A DNA stretch of 64,000 nucleotides from Saccostrea echinata (GCF_033153115.1 NW_026889763.1:4526001-4590000), one strand, 5' to 3'. Numbered from the stretch's first letter, positions 24,996 to 39,365 are shown. Numbers and translations are program-made. Notes: generated by a model from the letters alone, not told the origin.

Positions 24996-25169
24996 GAATT
25001 GACTCAGCCAAGGGAGGGAGTGATAGGCCTTGGAAACTAACTCCATTTTCTTACACTCACTCTTATGTTCTCAAAGAGTAAATATCCAAGCCTCCTTCAA
25101 TCTGTAAATGTTTCCTTCATTTCTTTGGCATACAAGCTACTGAAATACTCTCTTTTTTAACATTTTAAG

Positions 25170-25387
25170 ATGAAATATATGGAGATAACGAACAGTAATC
25201 AAGCTCCAAAGTACATTAAACAATACATAATAGGAGCAGAGCAAACACGGACCTCCAAAACATCAGAGGTGGGATCAGGTGCTATGGAAGAGTGAGCATC
25301 CCCTGCCGACCGGTCACACCCACCGTGTGCTCCTTGTCATGGTCGGGAAATAATGGAAAAAAATCCGTCGACAATTAAGTGTGTAGA
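25170..25387 (-). mobile_element. Solo 3'-end fragment of the same Penelope-like family
   Basis: Diverged reverse complement of ~13785-14000, including GGTGGGATCAGGTGC...CCCTGCCGACCGGTCACACC. Confidence 0.85.
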
Positions 25388-25555
25388 TACGATACAATGG
25401 AAAAAAGATACTGCATAAAAGGGTACAATGAATTTAGCACCATTTTATATTTGCCGAGACAAATTAAGTCCTGTTTAAGAGCTAATTAATGCTGTTTATT
25501 TTGAATTTGCCCCATTTTAAATTTACCCATTTGCGACGAGGGAGAAGGTGATGAA

Positions 25556-26035
25556 AACAAGCATTCTGAGAGTATTGCATTAGCAATACTAGTCCCCTAC
25601 CGGCAAGTGTAATTTGGTTCCGTTCCCGTTAAGAATTGAAAATGCCATAATTCCGTCAAAAATTAATGAAGCGGGACGAAATGCAATCTTGATCTTTAAC
25701 TAATCAAGGTAAAGCCACATACCAAAAACCAGCTCAATATCTACAAGAGTTTAGAAGAAAATTGCGGAAAACCCGTAAAAATTGAAAAGGCCGTTATTCC
25801 GTCAAAAGTCAATGAAGCGGAACGAAATGCAAACTTGATCTGTAACTCATCAAGATACACTCACATACCAAAAATCAGCTCAATATCTGCAAGCGTTTAG
25901 GAAAAAAGTACGGAAAACCAAGTGGGACAGACTGACAGACAGACAGAGGGACAGACAGACAGACGGACAGACGGACGGACAGACTCAGAGGAAACCTATA
26001 GTCCCCTCCGATTTCACCGGTAGGGGACTAATAAA
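25556..26035 (-). mobile_element. HINE (TAGTCCCCTACCGG family), copy B
   Basis: TAGTCCCCTACCGG at ~25590 is inverted by CCGGTAGGGGACTA at ~26017-26030; microsatellite present; absent from the paralogous flank at ~6550. Confidence 0.8.
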
Positions 26036-26124
26036 ATGGTGGCAAGAGTTTCCCTGTTTACAGTACTTAAATACTATGTTTTCAAAATACCGCCAGGTTT
26101 TACAACTCTTTAATAATATACATA

Positions 26125-26640
26125 TAGGATATTCAATGTTTTGTAGTTGGATAATGGATTTATTTAGGACAGGATTTTTTTATATTTGTACGAGTGTGAA
26201 TCACAAGTGAAAATATAAAAAAAACTGTCTCGTGAGTGAACTAAATTCCATATTCATCTACAAAAAACACAGAATTTTCTCTTTGTTATATTTTCTTTGT
26301 TTTTCTCTTGCCTTTGTTTTTTCGTAACACAGTGTCATAGTCTTTGATATCATAGTTGAGCGATTGAGACGTCATAACTTAGCGATTGTGAGACTGAAAA
26401 CATTGTAAACATGGATTTTAACAACAAATTTGGAGAATATTGGCAGTTTCATTCTTTGTCACATTGATTTTTACTCTATCTTATAACAGGGCAGGGAGTA
26501 TATTTTACAACACTTTTCGCGAAGGGAAGGAAAATGAAGAGTTTTGCCGCACGTCTGATATTCTTTCACACTTTGACAAAATATCACTTTTATTCAATAA
26601 ATAAATTAGTATTGTATTGCACTGTTGAAAATATAATTAA
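26125..26640. mobile_element. Degenerate long-hairpin element (Crypton-A/Eulor-like, tentative)
   Basis: Imperfect inverted arms ~26125-26280, then TTATATTTT inverted by AAAATATAA at ~26628-26636; absent from the paralogous flank at ~6650. Confidence 0.45.
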
Positions 26641-27306
26641 ACTACAATACCCTTTATTTCTTTTTCCATGAAAACTGCATATGTCATAGGAAAGTAGAAG
26701 ATAACTTTTGATAAAAATGACTTTGAATTATATATATTTTATTAATGAAATATTGTAAATAATTAGACTACAAAAAATTCTCAGTAATTTCTGGACTATA
26801 ATTGTATGCACAGAGTGAAATATCATTAAATATATGGCATAATTAATTTCCTTTCTTAATACATTAAAACTTATAAAGCAGCAGGAACAGTAGCATCAAC
26901 AAGTGATCGAGTTGAATTGGTGAGGGGGATGCTAAACTATTTCGTGTCATAAATTTTAAATGGGATTTTTTTACAAAATATTTTATTTCCTCCAGGAAAT
27001 TCCTGGGACTCCTACACTGATCATAAAAAATACTGCAATACAATGTGTTGGAAAATACATGTACTGTAAATTGTCAAAAAATCTACAGGAAGTAATTAAG
27101 CATTATATTTAGTTTTAAATCGAAATTTAAAAATAATGATAAACATAGAAAACACAGTATAATTTGTTTTATATTTTGTTAGTAAGAATTGAGAGCTAAA
27201 TATGAATACGCCACATATCAAATTCAACTAGATCTCAATTGATTTCTCCCATGCTTTTATGGAGTTTGTTATTTCATATGAATATAACTAATCATGATTC
27301 AGGTAA

Positions 27307-28743
27307 TTACATTGTGTCCTAGAGCACTTTGATAAGTCCTTCCCAGTACTCTACCCACAGTGTACACTTGTACAGTGATAATCTGATTGGATGGTTCACT
27401 TCATTTTTTGTCAGTAAGAACTTCAAGAACTCTCCGTCAGGACTCAGCAGATGGATCTGTTTGTTGTTATAGTCAATAACAAGGATGTTACAGAGGGAGT
27501 CACATACTACATTAGATGGCTTGAAGTTCTTAGTCAGCTTCTGTCCAAGGTATACAAACTTCATACGACCAGAGGGAGACATAATCACTAGATCACCTGT
27601 AGTGTCACTTGTATGGTTCATAACACAGATATCACTGTTACTGTTCTGTGTGACTCTGCGTGACCATGTAAACAGTCTGTTCTGGCCGTCTTCCTGGTAC
27701 TCATAGTCATGTATGACATCACCTGCTATGTGACATTAATTTGTAACGATCTGATTCCATGTCCCTCAAAGTGACCAGCAGTCCACTGGCCATTGACTGA
27801 CAGATTCCTATTGGCATCAGTGGATCTGTATTGATGACTTTAGAGACAAATCCTGATGGTGACAGACTGATAGACTTGTTATTAAAGTCAGTAAATTAAA
27901 CATCAGTTACAATCACACACATCTCATAAGGTTTGATATTATATCTATGTTTTTTCTCACCTTCTTTGTTTATTTGTTCAGTGTAAGGTAAATCTGCTTC
28001 TCTTATGTAACAATAATCTTCACACAATGCCCTCAATACAACCATTAGTCTATCTCCATATCTAAATGAGATTGTCTCAGTCAAACTGACACTATTTAAA
28101 TCTTGACTCTTTCCAATCATATTCTCCATCACCCCTTCACTGATTTCTCCTTTACTGTATATCAATGAATGTTTAAAGTCCTTCATATCAACATCCAGTC
28201 CAGACAGCATTTTTGTCAGTTCTCTGTGGTTGTCAATCAACCAGTAATCTGACATGACACTCTTGTTACCGTCCATGAAGTTTACCATCTCTTCAATATC
28301 TTTCTTCTTTTTGTTTAGCTCAGATCTAACAGAATTCAACTTTTCGGTTTTTCCTCCAAATTCTCTATCAATCTTTGTTGATTATTTTTCCTGATTTCTG
28401 AAAGCCTGTTGATTATCGCATCAACATGCTTTGAAGCTTTTAATCTCAGAATCACACAGTTCTTTATTTTCTGTGATCTGTGTTGACACCTTCTCTACCT
28501 TTTCATCAATTCCAGGCAAATCCTCTTCCTTAACCTTTATCAAGAAATTAAGTAAAGCTCTCCTCCTTTGGGTGGCTGCCGTTGGTATAGTGCTCCATTC
28601 GTGATCTCTATAATCTGTTTTGGCACATTCACCACAAAGAAATTCATCACAGTCCTCACATCAATTGGTAAATCATGGGTTGTACACATTGTAATCTGCT
28701 CTTGAGGAGAGCCCAGTTGATATTTAAGTTTTCTGGCTGCCAT
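27307..28743 (-). pseudogene. RING-less TRIM-like pseudogene, copy 3
   Basis: MAARKLKYQLGSPQEQITMCTTH start, homologous fragments 27896-28339 and 27319-27621, multiple frameshifts, a deletion near 27730 and a premature TAG at 27319. Confidence 0.9.
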
Positions 28744-29780
28744 GTTTGTTGAATGCCTCCTACCTGTGACCTAGATTTGAGGTAAAGTTGAGGTAGCTAT
28801 GCACTGTGAAGTGTATTGGACTTTAAACTGATATTACATCCAATGCTAGGTTAGCAAACAGAAAACTACAAATCATTATAAAGAGGTAACTTTAAACAAA
28901 GTATTCATTTGTCACAAAATTAAATGGTGAAAATATCTAGTATTTTGTGGTTCGTGTTCCGTGGTATGCATTTTTGCAAGCCAAGCAAGCAAGGATTTTT
29001 AAGCAAAGGTTTTAAGTTCCCTTTGCTCCCGGAAAATTCTTGGTAGATTATTCCGCTAAAACTGTGTGCTACTTAGCTAGACTCTTGGAACCAACGAAAA
29101 GACATAATTCATGTTGAATTACATCATTTAAAAAGCAACACTCACACAATCATCTATAAATGATATGTTACTTCGTGATCTTTATTGTACCTACAAAAAC
29201 ATTAAATCCTCAAATAATTATCTCTGTTCTCTCTTAATAAACATAATTAATTACCTCCTCAAGTTCTACTGTCTCTGTTTTCATGTCCTTTTGTGTACAC
29301 CTCTATTTATTGTTAACCATCGATCCTGGACTATAATTTGAAAATTTCAAACTGATTTGCTAGAATCCAGAGTCAGAATTTAGTATGCCCAGAACATTAC
29401 ACATAGGTTAGTCACAACTATAGTTGTATAATCTGTCAAGGGTTTGTGGGGGTGTGAAGAAGACCACCTTTGATTGCCTTGCAAAGATGGTGTGTGAATT
29501 ATAGTTTTATATTATCCTGAAAATAGAATCAAAATTAAGAAAGTTGACTGTTGGGGTACATGATACACCTATTTGGAACTTCAAGATGTGTATCTTAGAT
29601 GGGTGATCAAAAAGTTCGCGAACTATCTCTATATTTACAAAACCACAATTCAGATCAGAATGAAAGTTGGCACACATAAAGTCATAAATACGTTCTATAA
29701 ATAGCAGATGTTACGTTATCTTTTGCGCCATGTTTATGACGTCACAATATGAAAATGACGTCAATATGTAGATGACTTAA

Positions 29781-30098
29781 GGTCAGACGATACATTCCTC
29801 AAAAATCTGTTTTGTATATCTTCGTATTGTATGGAAAATATTAAAAATTTTAAATACTTTCTGATTTCTAAACTGGTTTCTAATTGTCTTTAAAAAATTG
29901 AAACACTAAAAAATGTGATCTTGGCCAATTAAGTTTTTTTCCAAAAGGATTTTATAGGAAACAATACCCTCCGGTATCTTGCACAAATGCCTGGTAAGGT
30001 ACCTCAATTTTTTGCGAGTAAACATGTCAAAGTAGCAATACTTCAATGACAAAATCTTAGAAAAAATTATATATTATTGAGGAACGTATCGTCTGTCC
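29781..30098. mobile_element. Kolobok-like MITE, 318 bp, TTAA target duplication
   Basis: TTAA|GGTCAGACGATACATTCCTCAA ... TTGAGGAACGTATCGTCTGTCC|TTAA. Confidence 0.85.
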
Positions 30099-30528
30099 TT
30101 AAGGCAAAAAACGGTTGACTTAGTCCCAATCGAGCAAAAAACGGCTGTAAATTTTATCGTAACTCTTGGAAATTCCTTTGCCTAGAATATTATAATTTGT
30201 ACAAGGTTTATGCAGACAAAGGCCCGAAGGGCCAAAGGGGGTGGGTATGGGAGGTGGTGTCCCCCTCTCACTGGTGGATGTTCGGAGCCTATTCGAGAAT
30301 TTTTTGTTTAAAATGCATAGAGAATGCCTCGTAACAAGCAACAAAACTTAGTGATGTGTGCAGAGTTTAACAAACTGAATACATCCGATGAAACATAAAC
30401 TGTTTTTGTAAATAGTGGGTATGTTTACGAAGGTATCTTAAGACTAAGATATGTCACAGACACATATTAAGACCTGTCATAGTCTTATGTCAGGTTGCTG
30501 AAAGGGTCCCAAGAAAAGACATGTCTTA

Positions 30529-33500
30529 CGCAGTACAGTTAAGGCTACACATGAAGATAATATGGTAATGAGGTCATAATGAGGTTTGACGTCATGACAG
30601 TTGCTCCGCCTTGATAGATCCATATAAGGAAATAGAGCTCAAAAAAGCTATTTAATGATGATTGCGAGAATTTGTAATGAATGTCTGTATTTTCAGGTTT
30701 AAATAAATAAACATTAGTGATTTTCTCTTATATAGTAACAACACGTCTTCGAAATAATTATCTTTTTATTGTGTCGTTTGGCTGCATTCGGCTTCAGCCA
30801 AGCGCTTGCACTCGGTGACACGGAATGTTGTTTACATCTAAAAACGTGGCGACAGCAGCTGAGATATGCAGTGGATAAATGCAACAATCGGGCAATCTTT
30901 AAAGAGAATAGGGATAAAATAAGAGACCTGGGCCTTGTTCATCTTTTTGATGAGAAGATGATGACGTTATTTCGGGAAATCATGGAAAACTGAGATGATC
31001 CGCACTACCTCACTTGGTCCCTTTCTGTTCATTAAGGTGTGTATGTGCATAGGTATTAACATGTAGACATACTATTCATTACATCGATGTAAAATAACCG
31101 TGAACATGTACAATAAGATGTATTATTACAGTCCGTCACAAACTGCAATGCAGTGCTTTGTGTGTATATCCCCCCCCCCCCCTACACACACCCATACACA
31201 AAAACACACACATTATGAAAGTTGCACACTTTTAAACATGCAATGATGTTGTCCTCTGGCATACATGTACAAACATGTAACATAATATAAGCGCAGCACG
31301 TCATGATATCAAATACTATAATTTAGATGCAGTCACACTTACAATGTACATGTATTTGTGATGTCAAACTGCACAGTGTACAATGCATGTGCACTGTACA
31401 TACAAGAGTATTAGACTCTATAAATTTTAATTTATACCTCTGGCAATCAAAAATATGTGAATTTTAAGATTTCAGTTCTTACCAGTGCCTTATATTTTAA
31501 ATTCATCGTAGAACTTTAACTATCTGTATCACTAGGCTGTAAATTTGTAGAATTTCTACATTAATGAAGATAAAATATTTGAATTTTCATTTGTCTGACT
31601 ACATGTACATTAAGTCAGTCTTATATGTATATACATGTATTTATGTACTGTTTATATGTATAATTCTTTTCTCATTGTAGCTGTCACAGAACTGGTTAAA
31701 ACTGGCATTTACATCAGCTAGAACTATCAAAATAGATGCATCATTTTCTCCACTGGGTATGATCACACTAAAGCATTTCACATTAATTTTATAGTATGCC
31801 AGTGTTAAATATTTTTTTAAATGTTGTACAGGTGAAAGAATTAAATGTTATCTCTAGTATATTGATTTTTATTTTTTTTTACGTAAATTAAGTATAGCTA
31901 CCAATTCTACTTTTGCAAATGTCATAGGTTTCAATTTCCCCAAAAAAGTTTTGTTTCCATTTATTTTATAAATTTCAGAAAATATAGTATAGCATGGTTT
32001 GTTTTGTACAATGCAATGACATTTCATTCTACAATAGTTATCATTAAGTTATTCACTCATTACATATATATTGTGTTGTAGCTACTCCCAAACAATTCAA
32101 TTGAACAATTCATTCAGGCAGCAAATGTTTCCACCAATAAAATAAAAAGGTATGCTCCATATAAGCTATAAACCATACATATTCCTAGCAAGATTATTGA
32201 AATGTTTTGATAATAAAAACAGTAGAGTCATGTATATGCTTTCCATGTTACTCAAAGCGCATGCATTGTTTTGAGTATCACTTTCTTAAAACCCCAATAT
32301 ACTTTCCATAATGGTATTTCATTTTGTTTTTAGAGTTGATTTCATCCAGAAGAACTGGTTGAACTGTGGACTGTTTGAAATATTTTGCACCTGCTCAGAA
32401 ATCCCTTCACAGCCTGCCTTTGAATTGAAAAGCTGTTTTTAATTAAATAAATTTTCTAGATAAATAATACTTTGTTTTTTTAATAGTACAATGGTTTGAA
32501 AATTTGAAGGCTGTTAAGATTTGAATATCTTTACTTGAATATATTCTGACAGGCGCGTAGCTGTCTATACGCAAATACGCAGATGTGTACACATCGTTTT
32601 CAAATTTTAAAAAATGGAAAGGGGGGGGGGTGGAGGGAAGGGAGAGATTTGTGAGAAGAGAAAAAAAATATCAATACCATCCAGCAAATATTTGTGTTTC
32701 AAATTATTTTATCTCATACTGTTTCGATTCAAATTCAAATTTTATATAACCATGTCTTTATAAAAAAAACTGTAATGTTTTATTAAATCATTGCCACAAC
32801 CAAATAAAAAATTTATTAATTTGTAATTCTTCTACAACACATTGATAATTTTTTAAAAGTTCTTTGAGAAAATATCAACCGTTGAATGCTGTGATCCACT
32901 AGAATATGATTCAAAATATAACATTATTTTTGTTAATAATTGAAAATAATTTTATTTGTTGCTGAAAGTTAAAAAAGAGTAGATGATATACCAATATATC
33001 ATTTTAAAAAATATTCAGCCTCTACATGTACAATAAATTTGCACGGAAGTATTTAACTTTGTGTTAAAAGCAATATTAAGTACTATGTCTTGTATTTTCT
33101 AAAGAAACCCATAAGCTTCCAGGGACTTCGCCCATGGGTCCTCATCAGGGCTTCGCCCTGGACCAACTGGGGTTCTCAAAACGGACCCCAGCCATTCTCT
33201 GCGTATATTTCACTTCCATTCTGGCTACGCGCCTGTCTATGTTTTTGGGTACCAACAAGATCTAAATTTCAGCGTGTATATAAATTGTGTTCACCTGTTC
33301 TTTAACAGAGTATATATTTCTTGATTACAAAAGTTTTACTATGATTATCTTGTTTGCGCATGGATTGATAATAACTCAAAAAAATGAGACTAAAGCCCCC
33401 CCCCCCCCTCCCCCAATGTGATTTGTGCTACCCAAATAAGTAAAACCTCATGTAAACACTGTTTAATAATTTATTTTTTACATGCAAGTAAGGTATATGG

Positions 33501-34692
33501 TATCAAAGGAACCAGAGGCAAACTGGTGATGGGAGGGCGGGGGGGGGGGGTAAATCTGTAGAAAGGAAAACAGGTAATTAAATACAGGAGTAAGCTCCCC
33601 AATCCCTTCCTCCTGTTCTGAAAACTTTTAACGCAGTCTAGAATTTCTAAACAGCTGAAGGTTTGATAACTAAAATAATCACATATGTAACCCCCCCCCT
33701 CCCCCAAAAAAAACATAAAAAAAAACAACTAAGTTCTGTTGGAGATATTTTTTCTGTGTGTCTGCTGGAGGAGAATAAATATTTTATCATTGATAGCGGC
33801 TGTCTATTTTTTATTACAAGTGATTGAATCTTTCAATATTTTTAACTATGGGCATTGATAGATGTTGCAGCAAATTTTATGCCTATTGTTCACGAACGGA
33901 GGAAATGCGGTAGGTGTCAAATACGTCTTGTGTAGCGTATAAAAGAACGAAGATATACAAAACAAAGTAAAGTCAAGGATTTTTTTATGCATACCGATTT
34001 GATTTAATGAAATAAAGCCCAGCACAGTCCGTAGGTATTATTTGTTCAAAATTTGCGAGGTACACAAACTCTATTAAGTACCACAGAGTTATCTCCCATG
34101 CTGGGTCAGTGATGCGTTTGAAAACTATATTTAGAATGAATGTGTTAAGATTTCAATTTTTAATCAAAAAGTGCAAGGGCAAGGCGACAACCCAAGAGGT
34201 AGATTTTTATTTTAAATTCTTTACTTTACTGTATAGTTTTTAAAAAGTGATGCTCATTTCTTTGTAATTCATTAGGCAATTTAAAATTTCCGATTAAATG
34301 ATGAAAAATACCCTATTCTTGAATACTGGTGTTTGTTTTCAATGAATAACTTAAATATCTCAAAAATCTGACTGAATGAGCATCAGTTTTACGATAGGGT
34401 AGATACTAAGGGACACAATGAAACATTGTGCAGTTCAAATATTGTTTGCCTTGCCCTTGCACTTTTTGGTTAAATTTGACATTTCATATTTTGACCTTAA
34501 ATCGGAGCTCACGTGACTGTAGAGGGTCACATGATGACAAAAAATACCGATGTTAAAAGCGATGGACAAACTCTTCATAAAACCATTAAGATATTTCAGA
34601 TAGAGTTTCATGCTAAAAAATAAGACGGTTGAAATTAAAGTGTCTCGTTTTTGTTGCCTTTTTATAGAAAATGTTGCCTTAACTGTACTGCG
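30529..34692. mobile_element. 4.2-kb non-autonomous TIR element with TA target duplication
   Basis: TA|CGCAGTACAGTTAAGGCTACA ... TGTTGCCTTAACTGTACTGCG|TA. The empty site ATGTCTTAAAAATTATCCTA matches the Harbinger subterminal motif seen at ~45371. Confidence 0.7.
32550..33235. mobile_element. MITE with CAGGCGCGTAGC TIRs (hAT-like, no clear TSD)
   Basis: CAGGCGCGTAGC at 32550 and GCTACGCGCCTG ending at 33235. Confidence 0.65.
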
Positions 34693-35445
34693 TAAAAATT
34701 ATCCTATCTTTAGGACACCACATGAGGTGTCTTAAGACTATCTTAGAACTCCTAAACATGGCTGTCTTTTACTATTACTTGTTACAAAGACGTCATTTAC
34801 GTCGTGAGCGAGTATTCAGGGACGTTGACAACCCGCTAGATTATCGTGACGACGCTGATATAATCTTAAGTACAGACACCCACGGTATTTGATCACATGG
34901 CTTTGCAGGGACTTAGAACCTCACCTTCATCGACCTACATTGAGGTCACACGCAATGCCCGTGTCCTAAAGATGATGGCAGCTTTACGCTTCTATGCAAC
35001 AGGGAGTTTTCAGGCCGTAATAGCTGATGTTCACAGAATATCGCGCCCAAGTGTGTCCAAAATAATTAAAGATGTTTCAAACTGCTTAATAAGAATAGCA
35101 CCCGAGTATATAAAAATGCTAGTCTCGAGCTCTCGACTTGAACTTTAAGAAGTTAAGCAAGGCTTTTATAATATTGCAGATTTTCCTAATGTTATCGGTG
35201 CAATAGACTGTACTCATGTCAGAATTAAATCCCCTTCAGTCGATGAACATTTGTTCGTAAATAGAAAGAATTATCATTCATTCAATGTTTAAGGAGTGTG
35301 TGACTACAATTTGCACTTTTTAAACATTGTTGCAAAATGGCCAGGCAGCACACATGATGCATTTGTTCTTGACAACTGTAGACTAAAAGATTTGTTCGAA
35401 AACGGAACAATTTCTGAAGGATGGCTTCTTGGAGACAATGGATAT

Positions 35446-38400
35446 AATAATAATAAATAATTTCTATAGCGCCCTCTATAATAAAACTATCACCCTGAGG
35501 CGCTTTACATAGAATGTACATAAAACATTACATAGATTGCTTTAAAAATAAAATTAGCCTAATATTGAAACTATTGAAAAAAAAATACGGTTGATTAAAA
35601 GTCTAGTAGTAAAAATATTTTAAAAATTACAAATAGATAAATCTAAAAAGTTAATCAAAAGTTAATTTATAAAAATAGGTCTTCAGTTGTCTTTTAAAAC
35701 ACTGAATGGATTTGGCTTGTCGAATGCGCACCGGAAAGCTGTTCCACAGATGGGCAGCGGCATAGTTAAACTGTCTTTCGCCATACGTTCCGGTGCGCAC
35801 CCTCGGTAAATTGAGTTGCAGACTACCGTGCGATCGTAAAGTACGGTTAGTTTTACGGATAGTAATCAGTTCCTGTAAGTATATTGGAGCAAATCCATAC
35901 ACTGCTAGGTAGATGTATACGTGTATTTTATATTTAGGACGGAATTCTACTGGAATGCAGTGCAGGTCTGCAAGAATCGGAGTGATGTGATCTCTTTTTT
36001 TATTTTTTGTGATAAGTCGAGCTGCACTGTTTTGGATTTTTTGTAATCTTTCCATAGAACTTTTGTGAATTCCAAATAGTACACTATTCCCGTAGTCCAG
36101 TCTTGAAGTAACTAGAGAGTTCACGAGAGTCTTACATGCATCTGTTGAGATGAAACTCCTAATCCTTCCAATGTTGCGGAGATGATAGTTACACGTTTTA
36201 ATGACGGACGCTACTTGCTTTTCCATGGGAGAAACTTGTCAAAATGGATGCCTAGATTACGCACAGATGTTACACTGTTGATGATGCTTTCTCCAACTTT
36301 AAGTTGTAAAACTGGCACATTTTTGGATTGGAATTTTGTTGTAAAAATTATCAAATCGGTATTGTCCTGGTTTAATTTAAGAAGATTATTCGACATCCAC
36401 ATCCCTATATCCTGCAAGCAATTTTCAAGTCGTTTAAAATAGTTGTTCCAGTTTTCTCCGGATCTTATTATCATGTTAACTTGGGTGTCATCGGCATAGC
36501 AATGATATCTGAAACCGTGTTGACCACAAATTTCTCCAATCGTTTTAGAAAAAAGACAATAAAGTTTTGGTCCTAGAACGGATCCCTGTGGGACACCAAA
36601 CTGAAGATGGCAGGGGTGTGACGTGTCCGATCCAATGATAACACGTTGTTGCCTGTTGGTAAGGTATGATTGTATCCATGACAGTGATTTTCCACCAATA
36701 CCATATGTTGTCTCTAAACGTTGGAAAAGTATTGTGTGATCTATGACATCAAAGGCTACCATTACAGCAGACGATTGATTATCGAGGGCCTCCATGATGT
36801 CATGATTAACCCGGAGAAGTGCTGTCTCCGTAGAATGCTGTGGCCTCTCGCGTTTTGCATCACGGAGTTCTTCAGAGTACCACTGGGTGTTGGGTCGAAG
36901 AAGCACAGATTTTGTACACAAAGGTGCATGTTTTTCCACAGCATTTTGGAGTGTGGTGTTGTAATGGTCCACTAATTGAACAATAGACAAATTTTTATCA
37001 GGTATATCAAGAGTGATATCCTTTGATAACTCATCTAGATCCACATTTTTCCATTTGCGGAAAGTTATTTCCTTCTCAGTGCGCTTTGGTTTACTACATG
37101 ATAGCACTGCTTGAATGGAATGATGATTACTAAACGAGTTCCCATGTGCATCAAATAAGTTCGGATCGTGCACAGAAGGTTTGATCTTAAGCACAGTGGA
37201 TTCAGATCTTGTTATGAGGAGATCCAGTATATGTCCACGGTTATGGGTAGCTGTGGAAATATGTTGTGTCAAGTTATGATCTTCTAATGTTTGTAGAAAC
37301 TTTATAGCATTCGAATTATTTTCATCGTCGATATGAAAATTAAAATCTCCAGTTATTATAGTCTCATGAGGGAAGGTGACAATTTGATCAAGGTAAGAAT
37401 TCCATTGGTCAAAGAATAAGCTGGTTCGCAAGTCATTTGTTTTTGATGGCGGGGGCCTATAAATGACACTCATGTTTTATCCAGACATACTGAAAAGTCC
37501 ATGTACTCAAATTGGTCGATATCCAGCTCCTTATTAGGGAGGTATTTTATGTCAATTTCTTTCCTGAACAATAAGGCAATACCACCACCCCGCAGGTTCT
37601 CTCTGTTGAGATGTAGGAAATCATAGCTTGTTGGTTTTAACTCTTGTTTCACTACATCGTCTATAGTAGAACCTAACCAAGTTTCAGTCATTGCAAAAAT
37701 ATCCAGCTTGTTAGACACAACGTAGTCACTAAGCGAAAGATTTTTGTTCCTAACCGATCGACAATTCAGGACACCAAGCACAACATTATGTGTGTGTTGC
37801 GTTGGTTTTGGTGACTGAACATTGATATTCTTTAAAATTCTCGTCTTTCTACTAGAACGCATTGCGCCATCATGATTTTTCGATCTGCATTGTTTATTTA
37901 TTTAAACTTTTTTCTGTGAGTGTAATTTCACTTCCGGTTTTTATGGAACCTACAATATTTACGAGTGGTAACAAGATAAGGTTACTGCTATTAACACCCT
38001 GCTGTTTGTAGCAAGTTAGAATTTGGTGTCTATAATTCTTACTTGTGAAAACGCGAATTTCTCGCTGAACACGTTTCCCTGCTCTGGTTCCGCGTCTGGT
38101 CCTCCGTAGTGCTCCATTACACAGGTGAATTACCTGACCGATTGTGTTTAATGGCTGACTGACCACAGACTTCAGGTATCACACCGGTAATTGACCAATC
38201 AAAATGAACTTAGATAACTAACTTAGATAAATTTCTGCATAGCAGGTTGTAGACAAGTACCTAGGCTTTATTTGGAACATAAATTGACCAGATGCAGATT
38301 TTATTATCAGCCTAATATTTAACAATTTCTGTAAATTCTGTCATTCTTAGGAGGGTAAAATGCAATTTTGTTATGTAATAATTGCATAATGGTCTCAGAC

Positions 38401-39365
38401 TTGTGAATTATTTTTGTTTGTTGTGAAGAACAGTGCATATACTCTCCACGGATACAAAATTGGTTGCCAGGCTTAGTCTATTAAGGATGAAATTCTGCTT
38501 CAAAATATGCACAAAAAACTTCTGTCAGAGTGCTCAGTGTGTATTCTTGACTGCTCTGGAGTAAGGGAGATAAATGCATCATATCTCCAGCAATAATGGG
38601 AATTAGATCCCCAGACTTCAGGATGTTAGTGACAGTTATTTAAGAAATCTCAGGTGCAAAAATGAAAAAAATCTGACAACTTCAAAGGTCCTTCAAGGTA
38701 TCACACCGGTAATTGACCAATCAAAATGAACTTAGTCAATTGTAGTTCCATACATAATAGAGAAATATTTTTTTTTATTGTGAGAAATTTTTTAATTTCC
38801 CTTATTCTATTTTTACATTTTTGGTATCTGTGCTTAGGATATTTTATGTACTTTGTAAAATATTAAAGGTTTTTGACAGGAACTATTTCTTTCGGGGCAT
38901 AGGAGGCCACTTCCTGGGGTGCACACAGGATGTTTATAAACACATTGAATACACGTGGTTTTGAGGGTATTCCTGTTTGCGGATGGAAAAAATCAGAAAA
39001 TGCCGTGTAGGTACCCTATTTTTTGGTGTCAGCTGATGTGACTGGTAACGTTTAACACTTCCTGCTAAATATTTTTTCATGAATTCGAATACCTGATTTT
39101 TAGTGATTTTTTATTCTATATAGAATTACATAGTGAAAACAATTACCGGTGTGATACCTTCAGTCTGCACGAAATGGCCATTTTTGTCAAGGCTGCCTAA
39201 TTTACACTCACCAATCGCAATTTTACTAAAATACATTCACAAACATCACAGTACTTGCACTTCACTAATCCTTATTTGAAAAAATGCTGTAATATACACA
39301 TAAATCACTCCTGAACTGAGCACTATTTTGGGAGCTGCCATTACCGGCGCTAACCGTACATCATT
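35446..39365 (-). mobile_element. L2-clade LINE (APE endonuclease + RT), internally deleted and frameshifted
   Basis: LNCRSV/TETWL/YRPP/GDFN/GHILDL (APE) and GVPQGSVLGP/YADD (RT) motifs. 3' end TGTAAAGCGC...GCGCTATAGAAAT plus (TTA)n tail. The segment between AKRER and PQHSTETAL is missing. Confidence 0.88.
38175..39158. mobile_element. Kolobok-like MITE with TTCA target duplication and a duplicated left end
   Basis: TTCA|GGTATCACACCGGTAATTG ... CAATTACCGGTGTGATACC|TTCA; a second left end starts at 38697. Confidence 0.8.
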
